The notes beneath the pieces were generated by a model. The model did no database searches and was not told where the DNA came from. It worked only from the letters and a program-made list of their open reading frames with translations. Source: an uncultured Chloroflexia bacterium (lineage in GTDB: Bacteria; Chloroflexota; Chloroflexia; Thermomicrobiales; UBA6265). Taken from it: a DNA stretch of 64,000 nt. Shown here one piece after another: positions 19,270-29,963 of the stretch. Made by a program: the position numbers and the translations under genes. The stretch lies in assembly GCA_963724295.1 (NCBI GenBank), contig CAVRUC010000006.1:32001-96000 (forward strand). The letters are read 5' to 3'. Within the stretch, counting starts at the first letter, position 1. The number at the start of each line of letters is the position of its first letter.

Positions 19270-19833
19270 ATGGCTATCGTCAACCGCATCAGCGAGCAGG
19301 AGTACCGGGAGCTTGCGCTGAGCGACTCGGATCGACTCTGGGAGCTGTGGGATGGCGTGCTCGTGGAGAAGCCATTGATGAGCATGAAGCACGACGACGT
19401 GGCGTTTCATCTTGGGTATCTGCTCCAGAGCCAGCTCGATCGAAGCGTCTATCGTGTCAATGTCAATGGAAGTAAGACCCGCCGCTCCTCACGGAATTAC
19501 TGCATCCCCGATGTCGTCGTCATTCCAGCAGCTTTTGTGCTGCCGTTTGCGAACGACCCACAGACGTTCAATGCCTTCGCCGAGCCACTGCCGCTGGTGG
19601 TTGAGATCTGGTTCCCAACGACCGGAGACTACGACATCGCGGCGAAGCTGCCCGGCTATCGCGAGCGCGGCGACACCGAGATCTGGTTCATCCACCCCTA
19701 TGAACGAACCTTGACGGCCTGGCGAAGGCAGCCAGACGGGAGCTACACGGAAGATCTCATCCGGGGCGGCTCCATCTCCGCCGTTTCTCTCCCTGGCGTC
19801 GTTATCAGCATTGATGTCCTGCTAGACGGCTAG
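19270..19833 (+). CDS. Uma2-family (PD-(D/E)XK) endonuclease-like protein
   Basis: 'WELWDGVLVEKP', 'IPDVVV', 'PLVVEIW', 'KLPGYRERG..EIWFIHP'. Confidence 0.85.
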   Translation: MAIVNRISEQEYRELALSDSDRLWELWDGVLVEKPLMSMKHDDVAFHLGYLLQSQLDRSVYRVNVNGSKTRRSSRNYCIPDVVVIPAAFVLPFANDPQTFNAFAEPLPLVVEIWFPTTGDYDIAAKLPGYRERGDTEIWFIHPYERTLTAWRRQPDGSYTEDLIRGGSISAVSLPGVVISIDVLLDG

Positions 19834-19928
19834 CACCTGATCGGCTTGACGCAAAGAGAACCATTCGGCAAGGACAAGCCTGTGCCGCCCGCCGAGAGGC
19901 GAGTGCCTCGGCCCACCGTGGGAGAGAG

Positions 19929-20360
19929 CTAGGCGTTACCGGGTCGGTACGTGCCGAAGCTCCAGAGGTTTCCTTCGAGGTCACGAGCGGTGTACTCGCG
20001 GGAGCCGTATTCGGTGTCGGCCAGCGGGCGCACGATCTCCGCGCCCGCGGCGACGGCCTGGGTGTAGTGCGCGTCCACCCCGTCGAGCGCCACGTAGAGC
20101 CCCTGAGTGGTCAGGGGTTGGTTCCAGGGATTGTCCGTGTCCGAGGCCTTGCTCTGCATTGTGGGCATGATCACGCCGTCGCCAAGTCGCAGCTCGACAT
20201 GGACGTATGCGCCATCCTCGTCCCGCATGATCTCCAACGGCTCGAAGCCGAAGACCCGGCACAACCAGTCGATAGCGGCCGCCAGATCCCGATAGCCCAG
20301 GATCGGGTACATGGTGACCTGCCCCACTGCAACTTTTGCTGCCGCTGCCTGCACGCTCAT
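19929..20360 (-). CDS. VOC/glyoxalase (bleomycin-resistance-like) protein
   Basis: 'YRDLAAAIDWL', 'YGSREYTARDLEGNLWSFGTY'; RBS AGGAGG. Confidence 0.88.
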   Translation of the reverse strand: MSVQAAAAKVAVGQVTMYPILGYRDLAAAIDWLCRVFGFEPLEIMRDEDGAYVHVELRLGDGVIMPTMQSKASDTDNPWNQPLTTQGLYVALDGVDAHYTQAVAAGAEIVRPLADTEYGSREYTARDLEGNLWSFGTYRPGNA

Positions 20361-20458
20361 GGAAAGCCTCCTTTTGACCGTACCTTCTCGCGTCGAGGCG
20401 ACTGGCAACAGGTTAGCCATCCGCACAGGTGTTCGTATTGGAGTTTTTTGACCCGCGC

Positions 20459-21274
20459 TCAGGAACCAATCCAGTCCAGGTAGCGGGCGGCGGAGCGACG
20501 CACTGCCTCCCTGGCGTCGGAGGCGACGATGCTCCCGGACCACCCGCCGTAGAGGCGATCGAACGCGTAGGGCTCGACCGCGGCGACAATGCGGCGAATG
20601 GCATTTGCACCGAGCGGGATGAGATTTGGATAGCTCTCCATGAAGCTCACCCAGCGCCGGTCGGCCACGACCTGGATCGTATCGCCGGTGAGCAGCGCGC
20701 CCGCACCGCCGGCGCCGTCTGGCCAGTGCAGAACGCAGCTGCCGGGGAAATGCCCGCCGCAGCGGATGAGCGTCAGACCTCTGCCCGGCAGGGGTTCCGC
20801 GGTATCTCCCTGCCAGAAGGTGATCGCCTCGTCGGGGCGGGTAACCCAGGCGCGGTCGTCGGCGTGGAGGAACACCGGCACGCCACCGAAGGCGCGGCTC
20901 CACTCCGCCACCCCGGTGAAGAAGTGCGGGTGCGAGACGGCAATCGCGGCCAGACTACCGCGACTTTCGACGGCGTCAACCGTGTCCTCGTCGATGAAAC
21001 TGATGCAGTTCCACAGCAGGTTTCCGGCCGGGGTCTCGATGAGGTGGGCCTGCTGACCGATGGCAAAGCGCGGCTCCGTGGCAAATCCGGTCAGACCGGG
21101 TTCGATGGACTCGACGGTGTTTCGGTGCTCGCGGCGGAGCTCGGCGAGGGTGGTCCAGCGCTGGCCCTGATGCCCGACGTACTGGCGCTCGTCCTCGCAG
21201 ATGAGGCAGCGCGCCGGCGGCTCGGCCGTCACCGCGTATTGGGCGCCGCAGGTGACGCAGATGTGATGATCCAT
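20459..21274 (-). CDS. MBL-fold metallo-hydrolase with N-terminal Cys motif
   Basis: 'ICVTCGAQY...CLICEDERQYV', 'SHPHFF', 'GGHFPG', 'SFMESYPNLIPL'. Confidence 0.88.
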   Translation of the reverse strand: MDHHICVTCGAQYAVTAEPPARCLICEDERQYVGHQGQRWTTLAELRREHRNTVESIEPGLTGFATEPRFAIGQQAHLIETPAGNLLWNCISFIDEDTVDAVESRGSLAAIAVSHPHFFTGVAEWSRAFGGVPVFLHADDRAWVTRPDEAITFWQGDTAEPLPGRGLTLIRCGGHFPGSCVLHWPDGAGGAGALLTGDTIQVVADRRWVSFMESYPNLIPLGANAIRRIVAAVEPYAFDRLYGGWSGSIVASDAREAVRRSAARYLDWIGS

Positions 21275-21293
21275 CGCTCTCCCCGGCGAACGC

Positions 21294-22169
21294 TCAGTCG
21301 GCGAATCCCCCGCCCGTCGCCAGCCTACGCCGCGCCAGTCCTTGCGGGGTATCGCCGGCAAGGCGCTGGAACTCATGGATTAGGTGAGACTGGTCGTAGT
21401 AGCCACACTGGCGTGCCAGCAGGCTCCAGTCCGGCGTCTCCGTGCTGAGGACGAGGCTTGTCACGCGTTGAAAGCGCAAGAGCCGGGCAACCTGCTTCGG
21501 CGGGAGACCGACCTGCTCCCGAAACCGGGCGATGAGCCGCTTTGGACTCCAACCAAGCTCCTCGGCAAGCGTCGCGATCGGAACGCGACCGCCGGAAATG
21601 GCCAGTTGCCGCCAGACCCAGGCAACTTCCGGCGATGGGCCGCGGGTATGCGTCAACTGAGCGGCGAGCGCGGCATCCAGTACAGCGAACCTGTCGTCCC
21701 ACGTGGGAGCTGCTTGCATCCGCTCCGCCAATTCGACCGCCCATGCTCCGCAGATTTGATCGAGCGGGACGGAGCGATTTGCCAGTGCATCCATCGGCTG
21801 GCCCAGGAGCCGGTATGCCCCAAGCGGGGAGAGGCGCAGCTCTACGCCGCTCTGGCTGCCGGCGGTCTCGGTCAGCGTGTAGGTTTCGTGCAGCCCGGCG
21901 ACGAAGCCGCCGCCGGAGGGGATGACGCTGGGCGCCGACGACGGTTGAGCGACCTGCAGCGGTGCGCCGAGGTTGACGATGACGATGATGTCTGCCGACG
22001 GTAGCTCTCGCCGCCGTAGCGGACCCGCGGTCTGCTCGGCGTATCCCCAGTAGTCCCGGGCCACGCCGCGTAGCCGGGGGCTGGCCGCATACCGTACCAA
22101 TGCCAGTCCGCCGTCGGACGCGCGGGCAGCCATCGATTCGTCGTTGATACGTGTCGCGGTCTCTGTCAT
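21294..22169 (-). CDS. AraC-family transcriptional regulator
   Basis: 'FREQVGLPPKQVARLLRF', 'GYYDQSHLIHEF'. Confidence 0.88.
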   Translation of the reverse strand: MTETATRINDESMAARASDGGLALVRYAASPRLRGVARDYWGYAEQTAGPLRRRELPSADIIVIVNLGAPLQVAQPSSAPSVIPSGGGFVAGLHETYTLTETAGSQSGVELRLSPLGAYRLLGQPMDALANRSVPLDQICGAWAVELAERMQAAPTWDDRFAVLDAALAAQLTHTRGPSPEVAWVWRQLAISGGRVPIATLAEELGWSPKRLIARFREQVGLPPKQVARLLRFQRVTSLVLSTETPDWSLLARQCGYYDQSHLIHEFQRLAGDTPQGLARRRLATGGGFAD

Positions 22170-22369
22170 TGGCTTCCCCTCAGTGGGTCAGCATAGTGCG
22201 CTGGTTGCCGGGTAACCAGCAGCCGGCATGCGTCCGATGAGCCCCGCTCGAGCGGGCGATTCCCTCTCATGCGCTCGCGGCCGAGGGCTTCATCTCGACT
22301 TCATTCGACCCGCCGAGTATGGGTAGGATTCGGGAGACGCGACAGAGGATGGGTAAGGAGCGCACCGGC

Positions 22370-23044
22370 GTGCGAATCCTGGTTGTCGAGGACGAGCCGC
22401 GACTGGCGTCGCTGCTGCGACGAGGATTGACGGAGGAGGGCCACGCCGTCGATCTCGCCGCGGACGGCGAGGAGGCGCTCGCCTGGGTCGACGTCGGCGA
22501 CTATGACGCGATCGTGCTCGACATCATGCTGCCCGGCATCGACGGGCTGGAGGTCTGTCGCCAGCTCCGACGACGGCGCCAGCGGATGCCGCTGCTGCTC
22601 CTGACGGCGCGGGATAGCGTGGCCGATCGCGTGGCGGGACTTGACGCCGGCGCCGACGATTACCTGGTGAAGCCCTTCGCCTTCGCGGAACTGGCCGCGA
22701 GGCTGCGTGCGTTGGCCCGGCGCCCCTCCGAGACCCACGATCCGGTGCTCTCGGCTGGAATGGTCCGACTCGACCCGGCGTCACGCCGGGTCTGGTGGGG
22801 CGATGACGAGGTCACGCTGCCGAACAAGGAGTTTCGCATCCTCGAATACCTGATGCGTCATCCGAACCAGGTGCTCACGCGGTCGATGATCGCCGAGCAC
22901 GTCTGGGACTACGATTTTCCGAATGTCACCAACGTCATCGACGTCCATATCCGGCAGCTTCGCCGCCGGCTCTACGATCCCTACCCCGGTGGATTGATCG
23001 AGACGGTACGCGGCGCCGGGTACCGGCTTTGCGCTCGCTCGTGA
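22370..23044 (+). CDS. OmpR/PhoB-family response regulator
   Basis: 'ILVVEDE', 'LDIMLPG', 'GADDYLVKPF', 'IETVRGAGY'; GTG start after TAAGGAG. Confidence 0.92.
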   Translation: MRILVVEDEPRLASLLRRGLTEEGHAVDLAADGEEALAWVDVGDYDAIVLDIMLPGIDGLEVCRQLRRRRQRMPLLLLTARDSVADRVAGLDAGADDYLVKPFAFAELAARLRALARRPSETHDPVLSAGMVRLDPASRRVWWGDDEVTLPNKEFRILEYLMRHPNQVLTRSMIAEHVWDYDFPNVTNVIDVHIRQLRRRLYDPYPGGLIETVRGAGYRLCARS

Positions 23045-24447
23045 CCGCTCGCCGGCTACCGGTCCGCTGGCGCCTCACGCTCTGGTTCGCCGCCCTGCTG
23101 GCGCTGGTGATGGCACTCTTCGCAGGCGCCGTTTATGTCGTCTTGCGTCAGCAGCTGTACGACAGCTTCGACGAGCAGTTGCTCAACCAGACGGCGCTGA
23201 CGCTCGCCGCCGTGAGCGTCGAGGACGGCGCTCCTACCCTGGAGCCGGCGGTGGCCAACGTCGCGGACGGCGAGTTTTTCCTGCGCTTGCTGGATGCGGC
23301 TGGGGAGACGGTGTTCGAGACCGGCGGCAATGCGGCCGGGGTACCACTGGATCCGACCGTCATCGCCGCTGCGCTCGCCGGCCGGACCGAGTACAGCGCG
23401 GCTCGGGATGAAGACGACGAGACGCTCCGACTTGTCTCCGTTCCCGTGCGCCCTGACGAGGCGGAAGGTCACATCTCCGGTGTGTTGCAGGTCGGCCTCG
23501 ACCGAAATGAGATCGACGAGCCGATGGCCGGCCTGCTCTCCACGCTAATCCTGGCCGGTCCGGTGGTGCTGCTGGTCGCGGCCGCCGGTGGCTACCTGCT
23601 GGCGGGACGTGCCCTGCGTCCAGTCGCCACCATCACCGATCTCGCCGCGCGTATCGGCGCCGGTGACCTGGGCTCGCGGCTGAACCTCGATCTGCCCGAT
23701 GATGAGCTCGGCCGGCTGGCGCGCACCTTCGACGCGATGCTGGCGCGCATCGACGACGCCTTCGAGCGACAGCGCCGCTTCACTGATGACGCCGCCCATG
23801 AATTGCGTACACCGCTCAGCTTGATGCGTAGTCAGGTCGACCTGACGCTGGCTCGCCCCCGCTCGACCGAGGCGTACCGGGAAGCACTGCAGGCTGTCGA
23901 TGGAGACATCTCGCGCATGACCACTCTCGTCGGCACCCTGCTGACCCTGGCCCGGTCGGATGCGGGACAGCTCGCCACGGAACGCGCGCCATTTGACCTG
24001 GCCGATACCGTGCGCCTCGTTCTCGAGCAGTACGCTCCGGTGGCGGAGCAGGCGGGGGTCGTACTGCGCAATGAGAGCTCGCCCACTCTACTCGTCGCCG
24101 ACGAAGATTTGCTCATGCAACTGCTGATCAATCTGGTCGACAACGCGCTGACCCATACCCCACCCGGGGGAACGGTGGTTGCCGGCTGCCGGCCAAATGC
24201 TGGCTGGATTCATCTCTGGGTCGGCGACAGTGGTGAGGGGATTGCCGCCGAACACCAGGACCGGGTTTTCGACCGCTTCTACCGGATCGACGCCAGCCGC
24301 AGCCGCGACCGAGGAGGGACAGGGTTGGGGTTGACGATCTGTCGAGCGATCGCCGAGGCGCACGGGGGAATGATCGACTTGACCAGCCGATTGGGGAGCG
24401 GCACCCGGGTCGAGCTCGTGCTGCCGGATGGGCAGCCCCACGCTTGA
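23041..24447 (+). CDS. HAMP-domain sensor histidine kinase
   Basis: two TM segments, 'AAHELRTPL', 'NLVDNA', 'FDRFYR', 'GTGLGL'. Confidence 0.92.
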   Translation: MTARRLPVRWRLTLWFAALLALVMALFAGAVYVVLRQQLYDSFDEQLLNQTALTLAAVSVEDGAPTLEPAVANVADGEFFLRLLDAAGETVFETGGNAAGVPLDPTVIAAALAGRTEYSAARDEDDETLRLVSVPVRPDEAEGHISGVLQVGLDRNEIDEPMAGLLSTLILAGPVVLLVAAAGGYLLAGRALRPVATITDLAARIGAGDLGSRLNLDLPDDELGRLARTFDAMLARIDDAFERQRRFTDDAAHELRTPLSLMRSQVDLTLARPRSTEAYREALQAVDGDISRMTTLVGTLLTLARSDAGQLATERAPFDLADTVRLVLEQYAPVAEQAGVVLRNESSPTLLVADEDLLMQLLINLVDNALTHTPPGGTVVAGCRPNAGWIHLWVGDSGEGIAAEHQDRVFDRFYRIDASRSRDRGGTGLGLTICRAIAEAHGGMIDLTSRLGSGTRVELVLPDGQPHA

Positions 24448-24600
24448 AGAGCACTGAGATCTAGAGCGCATCGCCAAACGTGTGTGATTCCGAGGCGAAG
24501 CGATCCGCACCACCTCATCCCAGCTTCATCCCGTCCTTCTAACGTCATTCCTGTTGGCGGCGGTCGCGCCGCCGGTGAGGACGCAACGTAGGAGGGCGAC

Positions 24601-25305
24601 ATGGATTACAGAATGGTCGGGCTCATTGGGTCGCTGGCTCTGATCGTGAGCCTGTTCGGAAGCGTGGCCGCACAGGAAGAAAATGCCGTTCCGGACGACC
24701 TCTCAGCGACGGTCGACAACCCGTACTTCCCGCTGGAGCCGGGGACGTCGCGGCGCTACGAAGGTCAGGAACTGAACCCGGACACCGGGGAAACGGTTGA
24801 GCTCCGCGTACGGGAGCATGTCTCCCCGGTGCCTGATGAAATCGCCGGTGCGCCAGTCACCACGTTGGCCGTCCAGGAGTACGAGGACGGCCAGCTCACC
24901 GAATCTACGAGCGACTACCACGCCCAGGGCGCCGACGGCACCGTCTACTACCTGGGTGAAGACGTGAATATGTACGAGGGTGGACAGCTCGTCAGCCACG
25001 AGGGAACCTGGATCGCCGGCGAAGGCGCCAATCAGGCGGGAGAGTTCATGCCGGCGGAGCCACGCGTCGGGGATCGCTTCGCGCAAGAGCAGGCGCCCGG
25101 TGTGGCTGAGGACATCTCGACCGTGATCGCCATCGATCTGACGTTGGAGACACCGGTGGGGACGTTCAGCGGCTGCATCAAGACTCAGGACCTCAACCCG
25201 CTCGATCAGGCCATCGAGCACAAGTATTACTGTCCCGGGGTGGGTCTGGTCCGCGAGGAGAATGCGAACGGCTCCCTTGATCTCGTCTCGGTGACGGGTG
25301 GGTGA
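24601..25305 (+). CDS. secreted hypothetical protein
   Basis: RBS AGGAGGG, signal peptide, 'VDNPYFPL', 'VYYLGED', 'KYYCPGVGLV'. Confidence 0.75.
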   Translation: MDYRMVGLIGSLALIVSLFGSVAAQEENAVPDDLSATVDNPYFPLEPGTSRRYEGQELNPDTGETVELRVREHVSPVPDEIAGAPVTTLAVQEYEDGQLTESTSDYHAQGADGTVYYLGEDVNMYEGGQLVSHEGTWIAGEGANQAGEFMPAEPRVGDRFAQEQAPGVAEDISTVIAIDLTLETPVGTFSGCIKTQDLNPLDQAIEHKYYCPGVGLVREENANGSLDLVSVTGG

Positions 25306-25484
25306 CCGTGGGTTATGGGTGATAGGTGATTGGTGATGGGAACGGAAGGGACCGGCGCCCACTCCGTCCCCATCAGGGGCCACGACCTTCCTGTACCATG
25401 AGGCGCGGGGTGGCCTACCGAGTGGGTGGACGACCGGCGGAGCATTGCGGCGGGTCCTGACAGGGTGCGAGGGACATGTAGGGG

Positions 25485-26885
25485 ATGTGGCCCGACGAAC
25501 CGCATGCGACCGCCGGTCTCCTCGTCGATCTCTACCATCTGGATGCCGCGTACGTCAGCTGGCGGACGGGTGAGAACGCGCCGGCGACGTTCGACCTCTA
25601 CACCCGTTCGACGCCGTTCGGGGGATCGTATCTCCTGACCGCGGGGCTCGAGCCGGCGCTGGCCTTCGTCCGCGATTTCCACTACACGGATGAGGATCTC
25701 GCCTACCTGTCCCGGACCAGATCCTATGACCCGGGATTCCTCGACGAACTGCGTCGCTTCCGGTTCACGGGTGAGATCCTGGCCATGGCCGAGGGGACCG
25801 TCGCCTTCGCCGACGAGCCGCTGCTGCGCGTGACGGCGCCTTTCCGCGAGGCGCTGCTTCTGGAATCGGGACTGTTGCGGGCCATCGGAGTGTCAACGTT
25901 GATCGCGACGAAAGCGGCGCGTCTGGTCGATGCGGCGGCCGGCCGGCAGGTCGCGGACTTCGGGTTTCGCCGGGCCCACGATCCCTACATCGCGGCGCGG
26001 GCGGCTCTCATCGGCGGCTGCGCCAGCACCTCCTTCGTGGCGGGGGCCAAACTCTTCGCCCTACCCGCCGGCGGCACGATCCCCCACGCTCTGGTGCAGC
26101 TCTTCGCGACCGAGGAGGAGGCCTTCCGCGCGGTGGCCGAGACCCTGGATCGCTATTCCGTTCTGCTCGACACCTATGACGTCCTCGCAGCGATCGAGAC
26201 CGCCGTCACGGTGGCCCTCGATGCCAGGTCGCGTCTGGGTCATGAAATGGTCGCGGTCCGCCTCGACAGCGGCGACCTCCTCGCCGACAGCAAGCACGTG
26301 CGGCGAGTTCTGGACGAGGCCGGTCTCCTCGAGACCGAGGTGCTCGTCAGCGGTGACATCGACGAGGTCCGCATCGCCGATCTGCTTCAAGCCGGCGCAC
26401 CGATCGCCGGCTTCGGCGTCGGCGGCAATCTCGCCGTCGGACTCGGCACGGTCGCCAGCGGGACGGTCGGGGGCGTGCTGGGCGCGGTCTACAAGCTGGT
26501 CTGGTACGAGGGCGTCGGCGATCCGGCGCGGATCAAACTTGCCGGGGAGAAGAGCACCTGGCCCGGCCGCAAGCTGGTCTACCGCATCGGTGCGTATGAG
26601 GAGGACGTCATCCAGCTCGACGATGAGCCGGTGCCGCTTAACGGCACACCCTTGCTGCAGCCCGCGATCCATGATGGTGCGATCGTCGCGGACCTTCCTT
26701 CGGTCCAGGATATCCAGATCCGTGCTCTGGCCAATGTGCGGGATCTGCCCGAGCGGTACAGGACGCTCCATGACCCTGCTCGCTATCCGGTACGGCGCAG
26801 CGCGGGCGTCCTCGAACTGCGCGCGCGCGCCAGCCAGATGCGGCAGGGCGTCGGCCTCCGCGATATTCGTTCACGCACGCGGTGA
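25485..26885 (+). CDS. pncB: nicotinate phosphoribosyltransferase
   Basis: 'LLVDLYH', 'DFGFRRAH', 'GTIPHA', 'LLDTYD', 'VRLDSGDL', 'AVYKLV'. Confidence 0.9.
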   Translation: MWPDEPHATAGLLVDLYHLDAAYVSWRTGENAPATFDLYTRSTPFGGSYLLTAGLEPALAFVRDFHYTDEDLAYLSRTRSYDPGFLDELRRFRFTGEILAMAEGTVAFADEPLLRVTAPFREALLLESGLLRAIGVSTLIATKAARLVDAAAGRQVADFGFRRAHDPYIAARAALIGGCASTSFVAGAKLFALPAGGTIPHALVQLFATEEEAFRAVAETLDRYSVLLDTYDVLAAIETAVTVALDARSRLGHEMVAVRLDSGDLLADSKHVRRVLDEAGLLETEVLVSGDIDEVRIADLLQAGAPIAGFGVGGNLAVGLGTVASGTVGGVLGAVYKLVWYEGVGDPARIKLAGEKSTWPGRKLVYRIGAYEEDVIQLDDEPVPLNGTPLLQPAIHDGAIVADLPSVQDIQIRALANVRDLPERYRTLHDPARYPVRRSAGVLELRARASQMRQGVGLRDIRSRTR

Positions 26886-26893
26886 GGTGAGTC

Positions 26894-27787
26894 ATGGCTG
26901 AGCCAGAGATACGACGGCCCGTCCTCCTCGATACCGACATCGGCACCGACGTCGATGATCTCCTGGCCCTCGCGCTGCTCGTCGGGTCGCCAGAGGTAGA
27001 CCTCATCGGGGTGACCACGGTCTACGGCGATACCGTGCTGCGGGCCCGGATGACCCGCCTGGTTCTCGACCAGATGGAGCATAGCGGCGTCCCGATCGGG
27101 ATCGGGGCCCGAGAGACACTGACCGGCAGGCCGGTCTGGTGGGCGGGGCACGAGGGTCAGGGCATTCCCGGGCTCGAACAGCTGCAGGTCGATGAGAGCA
27201 TCATCGCTGCGGACCTGCTCCACCGGGCCGCGACCGAGCATCGAGGACGCCTGGAGCTGTTCGCCATTGGACCGTTGACGAACGTGGCCGAGGCCATCTC
27301 GGCGAATGATTCCTTCGCGACGTCCCTGCATCACCTCTACATCATGGGTGGGGCTTTCTGGATGGAGCAAGCCGAGCACAATATCAAGAGCGATCCTGAG
27401 GCCGCCGACATCGTCTTTCGCTCCAGCATCCCCATGACGATCTGCGGCCTGGACGTCACCCAACGGGTGCGGCTGCGGGAGGCCGACATGTCGCTGATCC
27501 GCGAGGCGGCCGGTGGCATCGGCTCGGTGCTGGAGGATCAGGTGCGGCGCTGGTGGGCGTTTACGGGAGCGACCGAGAATCACCTGCATGATCCGGTGGC
27601 GATCCTGCCGGCACTTCGTCCGGAACTGTTCCGTTTCGAACAGTGCGATGTGCACGTCGAGGTGGAGAGAGCAAATCCTGGTCGAACCCGAGTCGACGGC
27701 TGCGGCACCGGCGCCGCGCGCATTGCCGCGGATGTCGACGTCACGGCCGCGGAACAGGAAATCGTTCGACGTCTCGTGGGACGGTGA
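26894..27787 (+). CDS. nucleoside hydrolase (IU-NH family)
   Basis: 'LDTDIGTDVDD', 'IGPLTNVA', 'EHNIKSDPEAA', 'LHDP'. Confidence 0.9.
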   Translation: MAEPEIRRPVLLDTDIGTDVDDLLALALLVGSPEVDLIGVTTVYGDTVLRARMTRLVLDQMEHSGVPIGIGARETLTGRPVWWAGHEGQGIPGLEQLQVDESIIAADLLHRAATEHRGRLELFAIGPLTNVAEAISANDSFATSLHHLYIMGGAFWMEQAEHNIKSDPEAADIVFRSSIPMTICGLDVTQRVRLREADMSLIREAAGGIGSVLEDQVRRWWAFTGATENHLHDPVAILPALRPELFRFEQCDVHVEVERANPGRTRVDGCGTGAARIAADVDVTAAEQEIVRRLVGR

Positions 27788-27964
27788 GGGGGGCGCTCCG
27801 CTGAGGGGGGCGGCCGCAAGCGGCCTAAGGGGGGCGAAGGGGGATAGGAGGACGACGAGACGACTCCTCGACCTTCGTCGGTCTCCTCATCCCCCTCGAG
27901 CGAAGCGACCCCCCTTCTCCCCCTGAGCCGAAGGCGACTCCCCCTCAAGCGCAGCGCCCCCCTC
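27786..27964. repeat. REP/MITE-like family A palindromic element (~180 bp)
   Basis: G-run left arm and C-run right arm (GGGGGGCGCT...AGCGCCCCCC); homologous to 46020-46225. Confidence 0.8.
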
Positions 27965-28152
27965 ATTTATGGTATACTTCGTCAACGATAGGGAGCGCGG
28001 GATCGCCCGCGCGACAGTACGCCTTCTTCCCCTCTTATCGCGACGCCGGGGAACGCCGAGCCGTACTGACCGGCTCGAGCCGTTTCCCTCCGGGGCGGAA
28101 TGTTCCGCCTCGATCGCATGCTGGCGTCGCGCGAGAGGGATTTCTTTTTTTC

Positions 28153-29811
28153 ATGTCTGATCCGTACACGAATGGCGCCGGCGAAGCTCCGCTTTCGTTC
28201 GGCGATTACCGGCTGAGCGATGCGTCACTGACGGTGCTCGCCGATATGGGGATCTCCGATCCCACCCCAATCCAGGCCGCGGTGCTGCCGCTCCTGCTCG
28301 ATGGCCGCGACGTCATCGGCCAGGCGCGTACCGGCTCCGGCAAGACCCTGGCCTTCGCCCTGCCGTTGATCGAGGTCGTCGATCCCCGCCTGCGCGCCGT
28401 GCAGGCGCTGGTGCTGACTCCGACGCGCGAGCTGGCTGTCCAGGTGGCCGGCGTTATCGAAGAGCTGGGCACTCCGCGCGGTCTGCAGACGTTGATGATC
28501 TCCGGCGGCCGTGCTTTCGGTCCGCAGCGCGACCAGCTGCGGCGCGGCGTGCACGTGGTGGTCGGCACTCCCGGCCGCGTGCTCGACCTGTTGAACCAGG
28601 GCGCCATCTGGCTGGACCGCGTCCGCTTCCTCGTGCTCGACGAAGCAGACGAGATGCTCGACCGCGGTTTCGCGCCTGACGTCGAGAAGATCATCGCCCG
28701 CACCACCCCTGACCGGCAGACGGCGCTCTTTTCGGCGACGGTGCCTTCCTGGGTGAAGCAGACGGCGAGCAAGCACCTGCACGATCCGGAGACGGTGACC
28801 ATCGTTCCCGAACCGGGTGAGGTGACGCAGATCGAGCATCTTGCCTTCGAGATCGGCAACAGCGACAAGATGCAGGTCCTGCAAGACCTGCTCGACCATC
28901 GCGGCGATGGCTCGGTGATCGTCTTCGGGCGCACCAAGCACGGTGTGAACAAGCTTGCCCGCCGCTTGCAGGCGGATGGCTACCCGGTAGCGGCTCTGCA
29001 GGGGAACCTGTCGCAGAACGCGCGCGACCGGGTGATGGACGACTTCCGCAACGGGCAAGTGCCGGTCCTGGTGGCGACGAATGTCGCCGCGCGTGGGTTG
29101 GACGTCAGCCACGTGGCGCAGGTGATCAACATCGAGCTGCCGGAATCGCCGGAGCTACTCACCCACCGTATCGGCCGCACCGGCCGCATGGGGCGGCAAG
29201 GGCAGGCGATCACCCTTCTCGGCCCCGAGGATCTCACCAAGTGGCGGCGTCTGGAGCGCGGGTTCACCCGCCCCATCAGACGAACCCCGTGGCGAGGCGC
29301 GAAGGCCTTGCTGGCGAATGGCCATGGCAACGGTCATGCGGAGATGGCGCCGGAGGTCACAAGCCCGGTGGCAACCCCTGCCGCGGCCCAGGTTCGCGAA
29401 GGGGTACGTCCTGCCGCACGACGGCCGGCGGCCCCGCGCCGGGAAGCGGCTCCACGGCGTGAGTCGGCTCCTCACCGTGCGCGAGCCACTGGCCGGCCAG
29501 CGGGAGGTACTGTCGATGCGGCGCCCGAGCTGGAGGGTCGCCAGCTGCTGCGCCGCTATGGCCGCGATCCGCGCCGCCCGGAGTGGGTTGACGCCGAGCG
29601 TGGCGCGGCATCCGCCACCGGATCACGGGACTCGAGCGGACAGGCGCCCGAGCGGCGGTCACGGCGACGCCACCAGTCGGTCTGCGCCACCTGTGGCCAG
29701 ACCGCGGAGACGACCTTTCGTCCCGATCCGGCGCGGCCGGTCTACTGTGACGGCTGCTATCACGACGTGCGTGAGACCCGCCGCGCGGCGGTGGCCTCAC
29801 CGGCGGTTTAG
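28153..29811 (+). CDS. DEAD-box RNA helicase with C-terminal CxxC-x17-CxxC zinc finger
   Basis: 'GSGKT', 'PTRELA', 'DEAD', 'SAT', 'HRIGRTGR'; C-terminal 'CATC...VYCDGC'. Confidence 0.93.
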   Translation: MSDPYTNGAGEAPLSFGDYRLSDASLTVLADMGISDPTPIQAAVLPLLLDGRDVIGQARTGSGKTLAFALPLIEVVDPRLRAVQALVLTPTRELAVQVAGVIEELGTPRGLQTLMISGGRAFGPQRDQLRRGVHVVVGTPGRVLDLLNQGAIWLDRVRFLVLDEADEMLDRGFAPDVEKIIARTTPDRQTALFSATVPSWVKQTASKHLHDPETVTIVPEPGEVTQIEHLAFEIGNSDKMQVLQDLLDHRGDGSVIVFGRTKHGVNKLARRLQADGYPVAALQGNLSQNARDRVMDDFRNGQVPVLVATNVAARGLDVSHVAQVINIELPESPELLTHRIGRTGRMGRQGQAITLLGPEDLTKWRRLERGFTRPIRRTPWRGAKALLANGHGNGHAEMAPEVTSPVATPAAAQVREGVRPAARRPAAPRREAAPRRESAPHRARATGRPAGGTVDAAPELEGRQLLRRYGRDPRRPEWVDAERGAASATGSRDSSGQAPERRSRRRHQSVCATCGQTAETTFRPDPARPVYCDGCYHDVRETRRAAVASPAV

Positions 29812-29963
29812 TTGACATTTACGGTGTCGCGCAGAAAATTGCGTCGCTCGTTATGATTAGCGAAGCAAGTGACAAGACGGTGCGGCGGTATCCTGGGATT
29901 GCCGGGCCTCCGCACCACCGGATGAAGACCTGAACGTAACTCGTCTAACTGAGGAGGAACGAT

